Assembly (NCBI RefSeq): GCF_902459465.1
Contig: NC_047067.1
Coordinates: 19,840,001-19,904,000 of the forward strand
DNA: 64,000 bases
Source of the DNA: Asterias rubens
Lineage: Eukaryota
Reading direction: 5' to 3'
In this document: in pieces, positions 1-12,142 of the stretch
How positions within the stretch are numbered: the stretch's first letter is position 1
Layout: every line of letters begins with the position of its first letter
Position numbers and translations under genes: made by a program
The notes under the pieces: generated by a model
Databases searched by the model: none
Told to the model about the DNA's origin: nothing
What the model saw: the letters and a program-made list of their open reading frames with translations, nothing else

Positions 1-173
1 CCCGGATACCTTAAAGGTTGTTGAGCACAATAAAATGTGGCTTACAAGAATAAGGGTACCAGCCAAACTACCACGTCCCATGTACAATTTGCGACTGATA
101 TCCTGCTCATTTCTGCTAAGCAGCCAATTGTTAAGCAATAATTTTTGCTTAAGTAGCTCTGGGAAATTGGGCC
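1..173. mobile_element. GGCCCAATTTCA-type MITE (CWG-flanked, PIF/Harbinger-like), degenerate copy
   Basis: Right end GAAATTGGGCC followed by CTG at 174-176; the internal sequence is shared with the other copies (ttctgctaagca, ataagg.taccagccaaa). Confidence 0.65.
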
Positions 174-940
174 CTGGAAAGAGGGGGGGGGGGGGGGGGT
201 ATGTAACTCTGATAGGCCAAACTTGACCACTTTTTGTTTGTGCAAACATATTTTCTATAAGAAGTATGACAACCAACACTAACAGCCACAAGTCATATTT
301 GCTGAAGGACACTGAATAAAGCCATAACGAAGACCAATCAAAATGCCGCAAGATCAGAGTTGCTAGGTATCCATCCGGGGCTATTATAATTGATGGTTGC
401 TAAGGGACAGATGGGTAGGCCTCCAGGCATGTTTAAAAAGAGAGCAGGGTTTGTTAGGTAAACACAAACGGGTTCTCAGCACAGTGTGTACAGTTGGATT
501 TCCGAAGCTCTTTTCAGTCAGAGGTCTGAGCCAATCAAAAAACACAAGTGCTAATTACTCACAGGCAAGCACTAAAGTAAATATACCGGGTTTCCCGCAG
601 TCATTCTGAAGTACATCAGCCTCATTTCCGATGTTGGGGTCTCTAGATAAATTTACTCACTTTACAAAGGGAGGTACAGTTTGAAAAGATGGGGGGGGGG
701 GGGGTTAACTTTGGAACAATGGGGGTTTTGGGGGCTGCTGTGGAGTCAATTTGCGAGAATTGGACTCATGATAACTTGCGTTTTAGGAGAACCAACATTG
801 TGGCGTTCGTATACATCTCTTTAATGTCCAAGACTTTGGTCCAATCAAGTAGAATTTTGTAAAAACTTGCAACCAATCAGGGTACTGCAACTTCATTGTT
901 GAACCAATCAAATAAAAGGATTTTTGAAAAGAGGACTTAC

Positions 941-1071
941 CGATTCAATTTTTGTTATCCTTTGTAGTTGATCGATAAGTTTTGGGATTGGTATGTGTGA
1001 TGAACCATGTGCTACTGCACCAACACTACTAGCTGCTATCATTGAGGGAGGTTGCATTGCAAAGCTGTATT
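941..1071 (-). CDS. CCND: cyclin D coding exon 4 ([23 protein letters not shown]...LQRITKIES)
   Basis: Acceptor TTCTTGCAG| at 1072 and donor TCG|GTAAGT at 940; contains the PPSMIAA motif typical of D cyclins; restores frame 0. Confidence 0.95.
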
Positions 1072-4000
1072 CTGCAAGAAAAAAAAAAAGAACAGAAAAA
1101 TCCACATTTAGATAACATTTTAATAGTCAAACACATTTTTGGCAGTGAAAGTATCTCCAATATTGCATTTTTTATCGGCACATACTGATTTATCTACTTT
1201 CCAAGACCAAGAACATTGTCGTACATGGTCGTACATTACTTCAACCACCTAAACAAATAAATAAATCAATCATCTAAAACAACATTGACATTGGCAAGTG
1301 TATGGGAACTGTCACAGCTCAAGAACCGTCGATAGTCTGGCTGCTCAGGAATTAAATCTGTAAACTTAGTAAATTTACAGAAGCAAGACCTTTCAACAGC
1401 AGCTACTGGTTAAACATAATTTATATCTTGCTCTCTCACAAATGCAACACCAAAATTGTAAATTAATAGCGGCACAAAATATGACGGCTCAGGCTGGCAC
1501 CATAACACACTTGTCTTTATCTTCAGGAGTTTTAGCACTTTTGGCCTCCTCGGATGTCTGGGAAATGTTGCTCAACATTGTTGTTGAGGTAAAGAAATGT
1601 TCAACGGGACAGTCTTAAAGAAAGATTTATAGAAATATTTCCAAAAGTTTGACACAAGGCTATAAACTATGTTACAAAAAACACACCCTTTTTCCATTGG
1701 AAAATAACCACCTGTCATTTTTAGCATTATGTATCACAAAAATGAGTCAATGTTTACTTTTGATGATCCAGTTTTGTAACAAGGAATACTCTACCATCAC
1801 AACTGAAACATCAACTCATTCCAAACTTTCCGAGTCTAAATTAAAAAACTCATCTGGACCTAATTTCATAAAGCCGCTAAGCAGAAAATACAGCTCGACA
1901 AATGATTATGCTAAGCAAAACAGGAGTGGGGCACAAGTCAAAACAATGTCAACTTCATGTAGTTTCAGCTGGTAACCCGTTTCTGTGCTTAGCAAGTTTT
2001 TGTGCTTACATGCTTTATGCAATTGGGCCTAGTTCTCCTATTGCCTATAAACTGCCCATTTTGTAGCATTCTTTAGTAGATACGCTTTAGAAGTCTTACT
2101 TATTATTATTACTTATTAACAAGATAATTCAAAATCCAATCGCCTGTTTTTTAACAATTGCTCCTCCAGGGTATACCTTAACAAGATTCGACCTTGAGAG
2201 GAATTATTACTTTAATCTACCAGTAAGTCTTGAAGATGTTTGAAATACAATTGCAAGATTTAAAAGTATTATTGAGTTTCACACCATTCCAAATACCGAA
2301 CGCCCTTCTGAAAGGGTCAGTCAGGTCAAACGGTACTGGTCATTTCATCTAGCTTCCCTAGCACCAGAGAGAATCCTATCTCTGATGGCTAGCCAATCCT
2401 GATCAAGCCATTCATGCAACCACCTTTTTTTAATTCGGCCATTTAGAAATAGGACAATGGTGAAATGCTCGGCTGTTTTGTCCGAGTTTGTAAAGCTGAC
2501 GGCCATTAGTCAACTACTAAATGAGGTTAAAGGCTTGAACCCATGCTCAAAGAAAAACCTTATTCTTGTAAGATGTCTAATTGGAAGATACGAGACAACC
2601 CTGGATTTGTTTGATCCGCATCAATTCTGATATAGAAAAGGCCACGTTGGGCAACCAAGAGCTGTAGGGTATATTGACTTCCAATTTCAACATGCAGATC
2701 AATAGTACGGTGAGACTTTGCGCTTACACCATGATCAATAATGTACACTTCCTTTTGAACACAAGAAGGGTAGGGTGGGGGAGCAATTCCAGGAGAACTT
2801 TCAAAAACAAGGTTCTGTAACCGCTCTCAATTCTTACATTGTAAAATAACCAAATATTGTTTCAATTTTCTGTTTGGTGCATAACACACATCCTTTTTTT
2901 CGTCTTTTTTTTCCACAGTGTGTGCAGTTTAAGTTCTTAAGTGAACCAATGAATTTAAACCATTTGCAAATTTTAAAAACTCAAAAATCAGTTTCTATAA
3001 CTACCGTTTCTTACATTATGAAACGAACCAAATTTGTTTCACTTTTCTGTTTGTGTGCATTACCCAAAAATTTGTTTTGAACAGTAGGTAGGTAAATTTC
3101 TCGCTTGAAACAGAGAACAGTAACAATTACTTATTTAGAGCTGGTCTCTCAATACAAGATTGTTTGCTGTCAGAAACCTTAATGCGCTACCATTACTACA
3201 GAACTCCTTATTGCAATCTTCTCCAACATGGCATGATTTTTTTTTGTAAACACTGTAACAATTCGATCCTAGGCAACCAGTCAATAAAAAGTTCTAGGCT
3301 CCTTTTGAAAACGCCAGCAAGATGCAAAGAAGGGTTCCTGAAAAGGGTGCATCCTGTCTATTCTCCTTGAAATACCGCTCCTTTTCTTTGAGGTACTTAA
3401 GCCTCTTGAAACTAGGGGAATCCTCCAGAGGGTACGACTCTCACGATAGAGCTTTAGAGAGAGAGTTAGGCCAAATAAAAGAAAATACATGTTCAGCGTC
3501 CTGCCTTTTTGAAACAAAAAAGAAGGAGGGCCCCTTTTTTTTAAATGGCTGTCCGACTTATTTTTAAAGACAAACGGCTGGGCTACTAAAACAAAACAAC
3601 ATTATCGATCGTTAGGATTTCAAACTATTTTGAGATCGTAAAAATGTATACTTTTTTCAGTTAAAAAAAAAGAAGAAAAGCGGTCTCGTAGAAGGAAGCT
3701 CGCAGGGAAGCTAAACATGTTTTTATTTTCATTTGGCTTTATGGTTTGTTGTGTAACACGCCGTCGGGGATCCATTTGGAGTGACCGTGGGATCTCTAGA
3801 AAAAAGAAACAAATATTCCGCAAGGGGAAATGTTTCTAATCCAATTTCATCCTCCAGTGGCTGAGTAAATAATAAAAACTCTTCTTTTTTTTTTTTTTTT
3901 TCAAGAGGGATTTTTTCAAAAAAACATATTTGAGGTCAATGATTTAAGAAAAGGTTTACTGAACCTCTTCAAGATTCTTGCGAGTAAACATTGGGTTGCT

Positions 4001-7000
4001 TTAGAGCTTCAGCTGGAGTCTGAATGGGATGGTAACAATTTACTGACGGGTGTCTAAATTTGAAGAAATTTTTTTGAAACTGCTCAACAGACAAACAATG
4101 AAGGTGTTCCAAAACTGTTCAAAATGGCACCCGTCCCACCTTCTGGCTTTTTTTAAGACAGGCAGGTATACAGACATACACACAACTCTTGCCTTCGATT
4201 TGCTGTACTGATTATCACTTTTCCTAAACTTTTTTTTAACGTTCTTGAGTTTTGTTTGGTAAGCCCCGAACATTTGTATAACCAGGATGCTTAACCAACA
4301 TTGGGTCTAGGACATAATTAGAAAGGCCCATAACACAGTACCAGAACCTTTAAAAAACCCGAAAACAAAACACAAAACCCCCCAAAATGAGGCCGTTTCA
4401 CACAGTTGCATTGCATGAACAGCTCTGAAAACTTTGTGAAAACTTTTCACAACCTCGAGTTGTACTATTTCGCCTCATATCAAAGTAATTTCCATGGCAT
4501 TACCTTGATGGCAAATGCAGACTTTCTGCTTTGTCATTCTGAAAGTAGTAAAGTACACAATGCTTTTTGCTTTTGGACTACATGTACAGCTACTTTCACT
4601 TTGCAACAGATTGTTTACTTTTTTGTGTGTTGGTTGCACCAAGTTACACACAACTATAAAGCGCATGCAAGCTTGCAAGCGAATTACATGCCTCTACTTT
4701 CATAATTACAAAACTTTTGGTTTCACTTCAAGACCAGAGTTATATTTTATTGAAAGTTAAAACCCCTCCCAACAAATACCATGAACTGTACTGTACTAGC
4801 CGTGATAGCAAGATACTTTTACTACCCATGTTCTGACAACTTTCCCTTCATTTTGACCCCTCGGCAAGGATTTAAGTCAATGATGCCAGGAACGCTTGGC
4901 CAATAATAAAAGAAACTTTGTTCTGGACTCACAGGCGAAAATGCCATCAAGTCTGCTTGAACAGAGCATGAACAGAGGGTGAAGAAAAAAATGGACAGGA
5001 GAAGTCAGCTTGGGTTACTGGTGTGAAATTCCCATGTCTGGTCCATTTACTTTGTTTATCTCCAGTTACAATCCCTAAAAAACCACCAGTTGTCTAACCA
5101 GACAAAACTTTAAGAATGTTTTTCCCCCAATCATTTTGGTCGAGAAAAGACGGCATCTGGAACTTCTGCCACCCAGTATTTTAAATTGGTGCTTTTATGT
5201 TCCGTTTGACTTCAATGCCTATTGGAACCATTTAACTCTGCATATGCTCTACAGTGTTCCCCCACTTAACAATTTAAAAACATTAAGACGAACTGATGAG
5301 AATGAAAAAAAGTAAACAAGACGACTTCAAGAAACTAGTCTACTTTTTCCAGTGCCAGAAACTTGTCTAGGAGTGCACATTCCATCACTATTGTACTTCC
5401 CAATCTCTTTTGTACACTGACTGTATATGACACCTGCTTAAACCACTGATCAATGCCAACATCCTATTGGGTGCCCTTGTTACCATGCACAGTGCCCTCT
5501 GTAGGGCTGTACTGTACAGTCACCCATAGCTCAATTTCAATTAAGATTAAAGGAGATATGGGTGTTACATAATGACACACCACCTTTAAAATTCACCGGT
5601 CGGTAAACTTATAAAACTGATAAAACTAACGAAAATGAATGTTAAAGGTAGGGTCATCGTTTGGTTTTTGGTAAACATTGCTGATTCATAGGCAAAATTA
5701 CCAAGAATAATACATTAAGTCTATAATTAAAAGTTTCAGTTCCTGGCCTGAAATAACATATATGAGAAGACAAGGCCATTTTCGAATTTTGAAAATGGCA
5801 CTTCCATTGGAAATTTCTTTCAGAGTTTATTAAGGGAAACTTTTTAAGGGGCACCAAAGCCAAAGACCAGGGGAACAGAAATTTGAAAGGAAAAATCACC
5901 TCATGGCGGCCTTTGAAAATTCAAATATGTTGACATACTTTGATTTCTGATAACTGGGATGATTTTACAAGATGGTTATTATATTATCATTACCATCTTT
6001 AGGAACATCATAAAAGTATATGGCCTTAATAAAATTACACAAAAATTAAGGAAAACAAAATATATAAAAATAAATAAAAGTAAAAAAAAGGAATAAAGCT
6101 TACCTTTGATATGTTTTTATAAAACATTTTTAGAAGTATAATCCAATCATTCCGAGAAGAAAGACACATTTCAATATCACAACACATTTAAGAAATATTC
6201 TCAAATCAGAAATCTTTGTAGATTGTCGAAGAACCCAAAGCAAATCTTTTTCAACGCATCTATTTCATTTCCTACAAAAACACACTTGTAGATTTTTCCT
6301 CATTTACCCACGAACGAAGGCAGACTTCCTCTTTATCTTCAAACCTGTACGACTAAAGATTTTCTATCTCCTCTTTATTTGGTTTTCAATTTTCAAACAA
6401 GCATTTACCTGTTGCACACAAGGCAATGAATGTCTGTGCATGTCTTCTTAGTTTCTGGGAACATTCGTTTGAGATAGGTAGTCTGTGTAGAATCTGTTCT
6501 AGGAAGTCATGGGGTGTTATTGCAGAGAGGTCCCATTTTAATTTACGAAGTACGATCAACTCAAAGTGCTGCAGAGAGAAAGAAAAAAGACAAGGGAAAA
6601 GAACGGGAAAATGTGGTTAAGAAAACTTAAAACAAGTCAGCAACATTTAGAAGACAAAAATGGATGTTGTAACATGTTTAACATTTTACAATAAAATTTT
6701 AGCAATAGGTCACATTTTAGTTCTAGTTTTTTACACGAAAGTTATTTTATACAAATAACAGTTACTTAAACAAAGTCATTTCTATGGTTTAAGAAATTAA
6801 CTAAAATCTTCAAAAGTTCAAGATAGCCACCACAAAACCCTATAATAAGTAGAGAGGAGTATCATACAAATTTAAAACCCTTTTCTAAGTACTGACAAAA
6901 ATGTGCCCATCTTTAACTCCTACCTAACCCCTTCAATGGTCGAGTGTATCTTTTAAATACCACCTAGTGTAAATGTACCCCCTTGCTTCATTAAACCATG

Positions 7001-10000
7001 ATTAAACAGTCTAATTATAATTAAGACCAATATCATCAACCACATCCCTAAGGACCCATGCCCTGCAGCCCCATCCCTAGTCTTGGTGCAAGACGTTTCT
7101 CGTTTCCCTTTCACGCACACCGCGGCCAATTCACCGACAGCGCGCGCACACCGACTCCCCACCCCGGGGCGGTGAATGGACTATAAGTCAGGTGAGTCGG
7201 TGCGCGCGCTGTCAGTGAATTGGCCGCGTTGTGCGTGAAAGGGAAACGAGAAACGTCTTGCACCAAGACTACCCCATCCCTGGACCTAGGTGAAAACCTC
7301 CACTTGGAAATAATCCCTCAACAGGAAATATCTGGTTTATTAGGCAAACCACAAAGTATAATAGCCTATTATTTTACAGTGGTTAATCAGTAGGTTCAAT
7401 AGCTGGACCTCGTTCGTGGAAATAGAAACTCAGGAATTTCAGAAAGCCACAACATGATATGAACCAGAGATTGAGGTTGGTAGAAGCCTGGGAACCAATT
7501 TTCCCTGCAATTCCCCTCAGTAATAATTGCCACTAATTAAATTTGATTATATAATAATCTGGAGCTCTTCCTGTCCTCAAATCAGGACAATGTTTAACAA
7601 AAAACATCTTGAGCCTTTCAAAGTCAGTTACTTGTTTTCTTTCCTCTTAACTTTTCTTATCACTATCTTTAAGGTTTTTTCTTTATCCCCCGATGTAAAT
7701 TTAATATAAAAAGGCTAGTCTTTAAGCAACAAATTGACATTATAGCAAAAAAAAAAAGAGAATTTACTTTTAATGGTAATAATTTATTTTGTATCGATAC
7801 AACTTCAACTTGTAAAGTATAAACACCGTATAAAACTTTTCTTCTATACCCAGGCAGTAACCATTTTACATCTTGAGCTCCAGCATGGTTACAGCATCTT
7901 TTTTAATGTGCAACCTCCCTACCCTCCCAAGAAATGTCCCCAGCCAAAAACGACCACAACCATTCCATTTAATCTCCCAACAAAGACCCAAACAACAGTC
8001 TTTTCTAGATGAGCATCTTTCATTACCACCCAGGCAGCCAGCCAGCCCCTGGTTCAGGTTCAGTGAAGGTGTTATACAACACCAAATTATCTTTTCTTTT
8101 GTAGTTACCAACATGTGAACTTAGCAGCTTTAACAATCATTGGCTGGCTTCTGATTATAATCTTTTCTCATTTAAAGGAGAATGGATTTACGAATTAAGA
8201 TAATCAGGTTATAGTCAATATCACCACTCCCCTAACCCAGCCCCAAACAGGCATATAATTATAAGAACGCCATGACCTCTGTGCCCCTGGTCTTGTCCTT
8301 GATATGCCCCTTCAAAATGTTCTCATGTACTACAAGATTCTCCAATGGAATTGCCCTCTGAAACCAAAACGGCCTTGCCCTATCACAGACATAATTACAG
8401 GCATGCACCACAGTCACAAGGAGTCTTTGTGAAACACAAAATTGTCCCCATTAATACAGAGACTAGATAAAGCCAGCCAGCCCCACATACGGTTTATTGT
8501 CGTTTTCTGGGTCAGGTTTTCCCCAGCTACAGTCAAGCAAACTCCGATCCTCTATCTCACAAAGTTACAAAGTCATGCAAAAAGTATTACATTTGGAATG
8601 TAAGATCCATTGAACTCAACATTCCCCATTTTGCATCCTGATGTTATACTTTTTCACAAAAAATGTAGCAATTTTGCCTTACATTAGCGGCTTCCATACA
8701 ATGACCTAACATGCCCTAATGTATGGCTAATGTTTCCATGAACTTTTTGCACTGATCACAATCGTAAAATTAACAGACTGCAATTTCTCTTAATGCCGCC
8801 GCCAGAGCCAGCCCATACTTCTCACTTTATTGCACTTCCTCGTCCTATATCCCAGCCTTCAAAACCGGAGGTTATCTTTGAATGCCAACAGATGTGAAAA
8901 TAAACCCCTTGCAGCTGGAAAACTGATGTCCTTTTACTTGTTCTTTACCCCAAAAAGTCTTATCATGTGTTGACCACAGGAAACTGCCGATTTCCCAATG
9001 GTACTCCAAAGCGACTAGTCAGAAAATCCACCGGCAGAGATAAAAGCACTTTAAACCCCAACCCATCTTGCCCCAAAATCGAAAGTAGAAATTCTTCTGT
9101 CACAAAGACAAGTAATATTCCATCTTTAAAATACAACATTTGTTATCTACGACTTGAAATATTGTCGACCTTTCAAACAAACCAACCTCAAAACAATATA
9201 ATTTAAAAGGTAGTTAATATTTAAAGATTTATATTAATAAAACGTAAAAAAAATAATAATAATAACTTGAGTTTGTTTAAACTACACAAAAAATCTAAAT
9301 ACTTACTAATAGCTGATCCAAAGTGATGGAATTGTCAGTATAAATGACAAGCTTTTCGGCTGTTAGAGGTATTGTGTCTTTTAATTTTGAAGCCAAGAAC
9401 ATACAGGTTGCTCCAAGCAGTTGAAATTGTTTCCTTGAAATCCGTTGCACGGCGAGAAATCTGTCTAAATAGTTCATTGCGAGAGGGAACACCTCTTCTT
9501 CACATTGTTGTTCTTCACAAACCTGAAATTTATAAGCGAGGAAAAAAAAAACATGGCCACAATGACTAAAGTGAAGTAAAAATTGTGTCAGGCATGTATG
9601 CCTGAATTAAAATAATGAATTCATCAGCTATGATTTTTGTCATTAATAATTTTTTTTAATAAAACACATTTATACACAGATATAGCGCCGAATCCATTTT
9701 TTCCCCATGCAAAAATGCTCCATGGCGCTTTACGATAAAAACAACGAACTTAAATCTTCTCCATATAATAATTATTTTGTAGAGTATTTGCACTGAACAA
9801 TCTTGAAAGGGAGACCAATAATAGGAATTATAAAAAATTACCGTCCGAAAAACCAGTACAAATAAACCACCACTATACTTTCATTTCTCCAAAACGCCAA
9901 ACTTTGCCTAAAGGTTGCCTAAGGTGGGGCCGGTTTGTAAGCACTAAAATATCACGAAAAATAGTTGAATACCAAAATAAAATCTTTTGTCTGAATAACT

Positions 10001-12142
10001 GGAGGTATAAAGCTGCCGAACAACTAAAAGAAAACTTCAAAGATCAAACTGTATGAACACCACTAACTTAAATTAGGCCGAAAAATTCGAGAGCGCACGC
10101 ACGAGCGCCAAAACATAAATGTTAACTTTCTGCTAAATACACGTATTTGATGCTTTACAAAGAACAATAAACAACACTTAAGAAATAAGAGAACGAAAGA
10201 AACAGAAAAACACTGGAGTTTATTCTGGTCCGATACTATAAAAACAAAAACAAACTTCGACAAGGAAAACTGACGTGATGATGAAACAAAAGACAATTAA
10301 CCCAAAACTGTTATAAAATTAAAAAATTTCCATCAAAATGTATGACTTATTTCGAAGATCATTTAAAAAAATGTCTCGTTCTTGTTTTTTTCTTTCAAAA
10401 TGACGATGAATTCGGCAACAATATATTGTTCATAATTTGTATATAGGTATTTTTATTTTGTTAAGAAAATTTCTTAGGGTGTCAAACGTCGTGCCGTGCC
10501 TAGATAGACAGCGCGCCAAAGTAATGGCGCGCCAATAAAAGTTGTATCACAAAAACAAAGCCGGATGGCAATAATATGGCAGCGCTTCGAAAAAGTCTGA
10601 TTGGCTTTGTTTGTGACGGCCATGCTTTAAATTTGACAAGTATAAAATCTAACCTCGACAAAAGTCTCCGTGAAAGAAAGTGCTTTCTGTGAAGATGAAA
10701 TAATATGAAACTTAGTTTTGCGCGTACTGGGAGTGTAGGAAATCCTTGCGTTTTAAGACCATGATTTTTTTAAGCGCCAAGTAAAACGGAAATTTACTAT
10801 CTTGAGGAAGCAATCAATTCACTGGGTGGAAGGAAACCGAAGAAAAAGCAGCGGGAAAATACTAAGAAATGGAGGGAATGTCAATTAGACAAGTTTGATA
10901 TTACCAACAACCCTGGATCTACTGAATTCGACCGGGGAACGCAAACATCGCGGTATAAAATTTTGCTAGAATAGAAATCAACTAACATGAAACTCCCCTC
11001 ACCGAGTCACACACACACAAACAGCAACGGCCCTTTACTAAATTAAGAAAAGCCTAACCATGAACAAGTAATTCACAGTCATTATCAGAGTTTTAGACAC
11101 TCGAATTGCAGCATTTTGTAGAAAAATTCACCAGGGAACGGCAACCAACCGAGCATGTTGCCCGTGTTCAAGTCAAATCAGACAGCGTGAAATGGCCGTG
11201 TAAAGCGCTGCCTAATTCAACTGTCCCATTTAGACCTCAGTCCAAGCTCACTCTATTCACGCACCAAGGGCTTCGACAGCACTGTGCTTGGTACAGGTAG
11301 GCCGAATGTTTCAGAAATTTTACACTGCGGCCTGTGCTAACTCCTGTGAATTGATGCTCACCGAACCATTGGTGAATTTTGGGGCACTAGCTTTTAAAGC
11401 TTGCAAGGGGGCTTTGGAATTCAGCAAAAATTCTCACCATTTACTGGGTAAAATTGTTATAATCGAGTATTTTCGTGAGAAAATCAGAGCCAAACGCTTC
11501 GAACTTACACTGACTTTACCAACCACCATGTCCGTGAAATCGTGATGTAGTACGCCTAGTGATTTAAAATGCACGTACACAACATTTTACATATATTTTT
11601 ATTAATTTTTTACCAACCAACACAAACTAAAGTATGATTGTGATTCATTTACCAGGTAATATTGTTTGACTGTATGGTTAGTAACATTAATAAATCAAGT
11701 TATGGTGGTTAAAAACTGAGACACACGCGCGTGTGGACCAACATTTTCCACCACGTTCAGGGAGCTCAAGTCAAGAGTTGAACCGGTGTGATGTCGTCGA
11801 CACGACAAGCTCGCCATCAAAAAGCAAGAGAGGATTGAACATGGAATATGGGTTTAGAAGGTGCCTTCAATGATAAAAACAAGTTAGCTTTGTCTAAAAT
11901 TAAAACTGATCGTTATTAAAACTTACCTCAAACATCCACTGGGCGACCATCTTTCTCATGAACGGTCTAATTTCTGTCTGGAATTGGTTTGCAAAGTAAT
12001 CCGCACATGGTGTGTATTTTTCCTCGGCTTCAAGAAGATTCCGTAGAACTCTTTCGTCATTTAGAAGAACTGGGTCTGGGTAAGCCCTCCGAACACTTTC
12101 GACTTCACAGCATAGAAGTTCTAACTGAGTATGTTGTGCCAT
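941..12142 (-). CDS. CCND: D-type G1/S cyclin, spliced CDS join(complement(11927..12142),complement(9307..9522),complement(6409..6568),complement(941..1071)); 3'-partial, final exon outside window
   Basis: Spliced translation is open for 241 codons. It has the N-terminal LxCxE Rb-binding motif (LLCCE), the cyclin box [34 protein letters not shown], then [17 protein letters not shown] and [13 protein letters not shown]. Exon sizes are 216/216/160/131 nt versus human CCND1 198/216/160/149, with identical phases 0/0/1/0. Confidence 0.97.
1857..2029. mobile_element. GGCCCAATTTCA-type MITE copy
   Basis: ctg|GACCTAATTTCAT ... ATGCAATTGGGCC|tag; degenerate TIRs, ~170 bp. Confidence 0.7.
6409..6568 (-). 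CDS. CCND: cyclin D coding exon 3 ([27 protein letters not shown]...QTFIALCAT)
   Basis: Acceptor TTCTCTCTGCAG| at 6569 and donor CAG|GTAAAT at 6408; 160 nt, phase 1. It is absent from the ORF track but clearly homologous ([22 protein letters not shown]). Confidence 0.95.
7078..7271. mobile_element. non-autonomous fold-back DNA transposon (MITE), TAG...CTA termini, 9-bp TSD; Academ(H)-like
   Basis: Arms 7078-7157 and 7194-7271 are reverse complements (2 mismatches plus a 2-nt indel in ~80 bp). Perfect TSD CCCCATCCC at 7069-7077 and 7272-7280. The superfamily call is inferred from termini and TSD length only. Confidence 0.85.
9307..9522 (-). CDS. CCND: cyclin D coding exon 2 ([23 protein letters not shown]...[10 protein letters not shown])
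   Basis: Acceptor TTTCAG| at 9523 and donor TTA|GTAAGT at 9306; 216 nt, the same size as vertebrate exon 2. Confidence 0.97.
10105..10859. promoter_or_regulatory. E2F-site cluster in cyclin D intron 1
   Basis: Minus-strand TTTTGGCGC (10105-10113), TTTGGCGCGC (10511-10520), TTGGCGCGCCA (~10525-10535) and TTTTCCCGC (10851-10859), in CpG-rich sequence. Confidence 0.5.
11927..12142 (-). CDS. CCND: cyclin D coding exon 1 (72 codons, [15 protein letters not shown]...VAQWMFE)
   Basis: ATG at 12142-12140; donor GAG|GTAAGT at 11926-11921; contains LxCxE and the start of the cyclin box. Confidence 0.97.

Noticed and set aside
1-940. Final coding exon of cyclin D (expected DCL.ACQEQIE...TPTD-like)
   Set aside because: I found no matching translation or suitable acceptor; the region is intron 4 with a MITE and G runs, so the exon must lie before position 1.
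5293-5340. CTGATGA ... GAAACTAGTC, hammerhead-like with palindromic helix III
   Set aside because: No helix II closing pair adjacent to the core and no helix I complementarity beyond one pair; likely a chance match.
5551-5585. 35-bp TTAA-flanked AGG...CCT mini-element
   Set aside because: Only 3 bp of clean terminal complementarity; cannot be distinguished from chance in AT-rich DNA.
11722-11735. Palindrome CACACGCGCGTGTG in intron 1 as a Z-DNA or factor site
   Set aside because: Short, single, and with no specific motif assignment I can support.
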